A model generated the notes under the pieces. It searched no databases, was not told the origin of the DNA, and saw nothing but the letters and a program-made list of their open reading frames with translations. Positions 59,478-64,000 of a DNA stretch of 64,000 bases are shown here, piece by piece. The DNA comes from an uncultured Chloroflexia bacterium (GTDB lineage: Bacteria > Chloroflexota > Limnocylindria > Limnocylindrales > CSP1-4), in NCBI GenBank assembly GCA_963838285.1, contig CAWIQP010000005.1, positions 2,075-66,074 of the forward strand. Direction: 5' to 3'. Every line of letters begins with the position of its first letter. Within the stretch, counting starts at the first letter, position 1. The translations under genes and the position numbers were made by a program.

Positions 59478-60389
59478 GTGAGAGAGACGGAACGGCCGGC
59501 CGATGTGCGGCCGAGCGCGGCCGGTGCGCGGTCGAGCGCGGCGGATGCGCGGCCTAGCGAGGCCGGTGGGCCGCTGCCCGCGGTCGACGGGCCCCGGCGT
59601 GCGCGGGCGCTGACCATCGCGGGCTCCGACTCCGGCGGCGGGGCCGGCATCCAGGCCGATCTCAAGACGTTCATGGCCTTCGGCGTCTACGGCGCCTCCG
59701 CGATCACCGCGATCACGGCCCAGAACACGCTCGGCGTGCGGGCCATTCACGAGGTCCCACCGGATGTCGTGGCGGCCCAGATCGACGCCGTCCTCGAGGA
59801 CATCGGGGCGGATGCGGCGAAGACGGGGATGCTTTCGAGCTCGCCCATCATCGAGGCCGTGGCCGATCGGCTGCGCGCCCACTCGGTCGCGGCCCTGGTG
59901 GTGGATCCGGTGATGATCGCCAAGAGCGGCGACGCGCTGCTCCGCCCCGAGGCGGTGCGGGCCCTGCGCGAGCTGCTCCTGCCGATGGCGACGGTGGTCA
60001 CGCCCAACGCCCCCGAGGCTGCGGTCCTCTCCGGACTCGAGGTACGGGACCTGGCGTCGGCCCGGGAGGCGGCGCGCCGCATCCGCGACCTCGGACCGGA
60101 GATGGTAATCGTGAAGGGCGGCCACCTTGGCGGCGAGCGGTCCGACGACCTCGTGTTCGACGGGCGCTCCTTCGAGATCCTGTCGGGACCGCGAATCGGG
60201 ACGCCCCACACGCACGGCACCGGCTGCACGTTCTCGGCCGCGATTGCCGCCTGCCTCGCGCGCGGGCTGGAGCCGCTCGCGGCGGCGCGGGAGGCCCGCG
60301 CCTTTCTGCAGGGAGCGATCGAGCACGCCGAGCCGCTCGGCGCCGGCCACGGGCCGGTGAACCATTCCTGGAGGTCGTCCCATGGCTGA
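59478..60389 (+). CDS. thiD: Hydroxymethylpyrimidine/phosphomethylpyrimidine kinase
   Basis: LTIAGSDSGGGAGIQADLK, KTGML, VDPVM, KGGH, HGTGCT; start approximate. Confidence 0.95.
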   Translation: MRETERPADVRPSAAGARSSAADARPSEAGGPLPAVDGPRRARALTIAGSDSGGGAGIQADLKTFMAFGVYGASAITAITAQNTLGVRAIHEVPPDVVAAQIDAVLEDIGADAAKTGMLSSSPIIEAVADRLRAHSVAALVVDPVMIAKSGDALLRPEAVRALRELLLPMATVVTPNAPEAAVLSGLEVRDLASAREAARRIRDLGPEMVIVKGGHLGGERSDDLVFDGRSFEILSGPRIGTPHTHGTGCTFSAAIAACLARGLEPLAAAREARAFLQGAIEHAEPLGAGHGPVNHSWRSSHG

Positions 60390-61206
60390 GCTGGATCCGG
60401 CCGAGCTGACCGCTCGATCCCTGGCCCGCATCCGCGAGCGCACGCCGCTGATCCACAACATAACCAACTTCGTCGTCATGAACGACACCGCCAACGTGCT
60501 GCTCGCGCTCGGCGCGTCGCCGGTCATGGCCCACGCGATCGAGGAAGTGCGCGAGATGGTGGCTCACGCGGGCGCGCTGGTCCTCAACATCGGCACGCTC
60601 GAAGAGCGCTGGATCGAAGCGATGCTGGCGGCCGGTGCGGAGGCCAACGCCCGCGGGATACCGGTCGTGCTCGATCCGGTGGGGGTCGGGGCAACCGCGT
60701 TCAGGACGGCGACGACGGAGCGGATCCGGTCGGCCGTCGAGGTGGCGGTTGTTCGCGGCAACGCGGCCGAGCTGGCCACGATCGCGGGGCTCGAAGCGAC
60801 GATGCGGGGCGTCGATTCGGTGACCGCCGGAGATCCCCTGTCCGCCGCGAGGCGGACCGCGGCCCGCTTCGGGGGAGCGGCGGTCGTCAGCGGAGCGGTG
60901 GACTACCTGGCCGACGCCACTCGCGAGGCCGAGGTCCACAACGGTCACCCGCTCATGGGCCGGATTACGGGCTCCGGCTGCATGGCCACCGCGATCGTCG
61001 GCGCCTTCCTGGCCGTGGAGCCGGATCCGTTCCTGGCGGGACTCGAGGCGACGATCGCGTTCGGGATCGCGGGCGAGCTCGCGGCGGAGCGCAGTGCCGG
61101 GCCGGGCACGTTCCGGGCGCACCTCATCGACTCGGTCGCGGCGCTGGACGAAGCCACGATCCTGGCTCGCGCGCGAGTGTCGGTCCGGGAGACCGGGGCG
61201 GCATGA
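60382..61206 (+). CDS. thiM: Hydroxyethylthiazole kinase
   Basis: HNITNFV, GASPVM, LNIGTL, LDPVGVG, RGNAAE, TGSGC. Confidence 0.95.
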   Translation: MAELDPAELTARSLARIRERTPLIHNITNFVVMNDTANVLLALGASPVMAHAIEEVREMVAHAGALVLNIGTLEERWIEAMLAAGAEANARGIPVVLDPVGVGATAFRTATTERIRSAVEVAVVRGNAAELATIAGLEATMRGVDSVTAGDPLSAARRTAARFGGAAVVSGAVDYLADATREAEVHNGHPLMGRITGSGCMATAIVGAFLAVEPDPFLAGLEATIAFGIAGELAAERSAGPGTFRAHLIDSVAALDEATILARARVSVRETGAA

Positions 61207-62051
61207 CCAAGACGACGGCCGACGCGGTCGGGAACGGGGCGCGCGGCAACCCGACGGCCGGCGGAAGCGCGCCCGATCGCGGGCAGTGGCCCCACGGCCA
61301 CCCGACGGAAGCCGTTGCGACGCGGGCTCGACGCCGCGAGATCCTTCGCGGGGCGGGCGTCTACCTCGTGACCGAGGAGTCGCTCAGCGCCGGACGGTGT
61401 TCCGAGGAGATCGTCGAGGCGGCGCTGGCCGGCGGAATTCGAGCCGTCCAGGTTCGAGAGAAGGACGGATCCGCTCGCCGGGCCCTGGAGATCGCGCTGG
61501 CCGTACGCCGGCTCACGCGCGACTGCGGGGCGTTGTTGATCGTGAACGACCGTATCGACATCGCGCTGGCCGCCGAGGCCGACGGCGTCCACGTCGGTCA
61601 GGAAGACCTCCCGATGGCGGAGGCGAGACGCCTGCTGGGCGAGGCCGTTCTCGTCGGGCTGTCGATCACGGATGCAGCCCAGCTGGCCGCGCCCGATGCG
61701 GCCAGCGCGGACTGCCTCGGTGTCGGCGCCGTCTTCCCGACGGGCTCGAAGTCGGACGCCACCCTGACCGGGCTGCCTCTCCTCGAGGCGGCACGGGCGG
61801 CCGCCGAGTCGAGAGAGCGGCTGGCTCCCGGATACGGCCGGGCGCCGGTCGTGGCGATCGGCGGCATAACCGCGGAGAACGCCGGCCGGGCCGTGCTGGC
61901 GGGCGCGGACGTCGTCGCGGTCATAAGCGCCATAACGGCGGCGCCCGATCCGGGTCGCGCGGCCGCGGAGCTGCTCGAGGCCGTGCGGGCCGCCGGCGCG
62001 GACCTGCCCGCCGGCGCCCGGGGCGTGGCGGCCCGGGGAGTGGCGCGATGA
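61203..62051 (+). CDS. thiE: Thiamine-phosphate synthase
   Basis: VQVREK, IVNDRID, GVHVGQED, VFPTGSK, VAIGGI. Confidence 0.95.
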   Translation: MTKTTADAVGNGARGNPTAGGSAPDRGQWPHGHPTEAVATRARRREILRGAGVYLVTEESLSAGRCSEEIVEAALAGGIRAVQVREKDGSARRALEIALAVRRLTRDCGALLIVNDRIDIALAAEADGVHVGQEDLPMAEARRLLGEAVLVGLSITDAAQLAAPDAASADCLGVGAVFPTGSKSDATLTGLPLLEAARAAAESRERLAPGYGRAPVVAIGGITAENAGRAVLAGADVVAVISAITAAPDPGRAAAELLEAVRAAGADLPAGARGVAARGVAR

Positions 62052-63055
62052 GCGGCCCGGCGCGCGGCCCGGCGAGCGGCATCGGGGAGTTCGAGCTGAT
62101 CGCGGCCCTGGCGGGCCGGCTCGACTCGTCCGGCGAGGGTCTGGGAATCGGGGACGACGCCGCGGCGTGGTCGCCCAGCCCGGGCGCGCAGATAGTGGCC
62201 ACGACCGACATGCTCGTCGAGGGCGTTCACTTCCGTCTCGACTGGACCACGCCGCGCGACCTGGGCTGGAAGTGCCTGGCGGTCAACCTGTCCGACCTGG
62301 CCGCGATGGGAGCGACGCCGGGGCGGGCGCTCGTGTCGGTGGCACTGCTGCCGGGCCAGCAGGCGCTTGTGGAGGAGATGTACGAGGGCTTGAGCGAGCT
62401 GGCCCGGCTGACCGGAACGCGGGTCGTCGGCGGCGACACCGTCCGGACGTCGGGGCCGCTGGTAGTCAACGTCGCCCTCGTCGGAGAGGCGGAGCCGGGC
62501 CGGTTGCTCCGCCGCGACGGCGCTATTCCGGGAGATCTGCTCGTCCTGACGGGCACTGTCGGGGCCTCGGCCGCGGGCCTGGCGCTGCTGCTGGAGGGCG
62601 ATCCGGAACGGCTCTCGCGACCCGAGGCCGCGACGCTGCTGGCGGCGCACCATCGACCCCGTCCGCGGCTTGCCGCCGGCCGGGCGATCGCGTCGCTCGG
62701 ACTGCGCTGCGCCATCGACGTCAGCGACGGTGTCGCCAGCGAGGCATGGCACCTGGCCCGGGCCAGCGGCGTGGCCGTCGAGCTCGACGCGGATATGCTG
62801 CCGCTCGAGCCCGCGGCCGTCGGGATGCTCGGCGAAGAAGAGGCGCGCCGGCTCGCCCTCTCCGGGGGCGAGGACTACGAGCTTCTCTTCACGACCTCGG
62901 AGGAGCGTCTGCCGGAGGTGGTCTCCGCGTTGGGGGTCGAGGATCCACCCACGGTGATCGGCCGCGTTGCCGGACTCCGGCCCGGAGGGCACGTCGAATT
63001 GACGCTGGCCGGCCGCGTCGTGGAGTCGGGCGAGTCTGGCTACGTGGCGTTCTAG
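62048..63055 (+). CDS. thiL: Thiamine-monophosphate kinase
   Basis: GEFELI, GIGDDAA, EGVHF, NLSDLAAMG, GGDT, IDVSDG, GGEDYEL. Confidence 0.95.
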   Translation: MSGPARGPASGIGEFELIAALAGRLDSSGEGLGIGDDAAAWSPSPGAQIVATTDMLVEGVHFRLDWTTPRDLGWKCLAVNLSDLAAMGATPGRALVSVALLPGQQALVEEMYEGLSELARLTGTRVVGGDTVRTSGPLVVNVALVGEAEPGRLLRRDGAIPGDLLVLTGTVGASAAGLALLLEGDPERLSRPEAATLLAAHHRPRPRLAAGRAIASLGLRCAIDVSDGVASEAWHLARASGVAVELDADMLPLEPAAVGMLGEEEARRLALSGGEDYELLFTTSEERLPEVVSALGVEDPPTVIGRVAGLRPGGHVELTLAGRVVESGESGYVAF

Positions 63056-63113
63056 CGAGAAATCGGGGGCCTGCGTGGATCGGGCCCGGTGGCATATCGG
63101 AGCAGGAGGAACG

Positions 63114-64000
63114 GTGGTAGCGGAAGCTCAGCCTCTCGGGGTGCCTCGCGGCGACCTGGCGGCGGCCACGATCGGCATCGAGCGAGTGCCGGACCAGTAT
63201 CGCGTGCTCGGCTTCGTCGACTACTTCGTCCTCTGGGCGGACCTCGGCGTCGGCCTCCTGGTGCTGCTGGCCGGTACCGCCCTGGTGCCAGGCCTGGGCT
63301 TCTGGGAGGCGATCCTCGCCATCCTGGCCGGCACGCTCGTCGGCAATGTGATGCTCGGGCTGGCCGGCGTCGTCGGCAGCGATCACGCGATCCCGTCCAT
63401 GGTCAGCCTGCGGCCCGGTTTCGGCCGGCGCGGCAGCTATCTGCCCAGCCTGCTGAACGTCGTTCAGCTGGTGGGCTGGGGCGCCTTCGAACTGGTCATC
63501 ATGGCCCAGGCCTCCGACCGCCTGACCCGGTCCCTGCTCGGAGTTTCGAGCTACCCCGTGTGGGCGATCGCCTGGGGGATCGTGGTCACGTTGTTCGCGC
63601 TCGGCGGCCCGCTGGTCGTGGTTCGCCAGTGGCTCGAGAAGGCGGGGATATGGATCGTCCTGGTGACGGGCGCCTGGATGACCCTGTACGTGGTGTCTCA
63701 CGCCGATTTCGGGACGCTGGCGAGCAGGCAGGGCGACGGCAGCCTGAGCTTCGCCCAGGGAATCGACCTCGTCGTGGCCATGCCGATCAGCTGGCTGCCG
63801 CTGGTGGCCGACTTCAATCGCTTCGCCAGGGACTCGCGGTCGTCGTTCCTGGGGACCGTCTCGGGCTTCGCCGTGTCCAACGTTCTCTTCTACACCCTCG
63901 GCGTCCTGCTGATCCTGGTGCTGCCGACGTCCGACCTGATCGGCTCGATCATGACGGTCGCGTTCGGCGCCGCCGGCCTGGCGCTCCTGCTCGGCGACGA
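63114..64000 (+). CDS. cytX: NCS1-family HMP/cytosine permease (CytX-like), runs off the window end
   Basis: AGGAGG RBS, GTG 63114; FVLWADLGVGLLV, SLRPGFGRRGS, NVVQLVGW, AMPISWLPLVADF; absent from the ORF track because it has no stop. Confidence 0.85.
   Translation, partial: MVAEAQPLGVPRGDLAAATIGIERVPDQYRVLGFVDYFVLWADLGVGLLVLLAGTALVPGLGFWEAILAILAGTLVGNVMLGLAGVVGSDHAIPSMVSLRPGFGRRGSYLPSLLNVVQLVGWGAFELVIMAQASDRLTRSLLGVSSYPVWAIAWGIVVTLFALGGPLVVVRQWLEKAGIWIVLVTGAWMTLYVVSHADFGTLASRQGDGSLSFAQGIDLVVAMPISWLPLVADFNRFARDSRSSFLGTVSGFAVSNVLFYTLGVLLILVLPTSDLIGSIMTVAFGAAGLALLLGD

Overview
64-kb window of a very GC-rich bacterial chromosome. Gene content suggests Chloroflexota (Limnocylindria-like) or Actinomycetota, but this taxonomy is inference only. 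It is mostly core and housekeeping DNA: an S8 protease, an NfeD-flotillin-TelA membrane-stress operon, two ABC exporters with their regulators, a GGDEF protein, PduO/SufT, a class IV aminotransferase, kamA, an ATP-dependent DNA ligase, pta-ackA, a three-gene pnt transhydrogenase operon and a TPP-riboswitch-controlled thiamine salvage operon. I found no integrase, transposase, phage or cas genes. Several genes carry frameshifts that look like long-read indel errors. Most notable observations: (1) a complete tRNA with a UAU anticodon (tRNA-Ile-UAU), rare in bacteria; (2) an unannotated 22-aa hydrophobic peptide gene with its own promoter, palindromic operator, RBS and terminator, convergent with a large STAND-TPR-LuxR regulator whose Walker A lysine is lost; (3) a phycobiliprotein/globin-like protein lacking the bilin-binding Cys; (4) a REPIN/MITE-like element family with 35-bp terminal inverted repeats (2 copies); (5) a divergent pair of a rhodanese lacking its catalytic Cys and a C-DES-like PLP lyase, next to the UAU tRNA; (6) widespread leaderless promoters.
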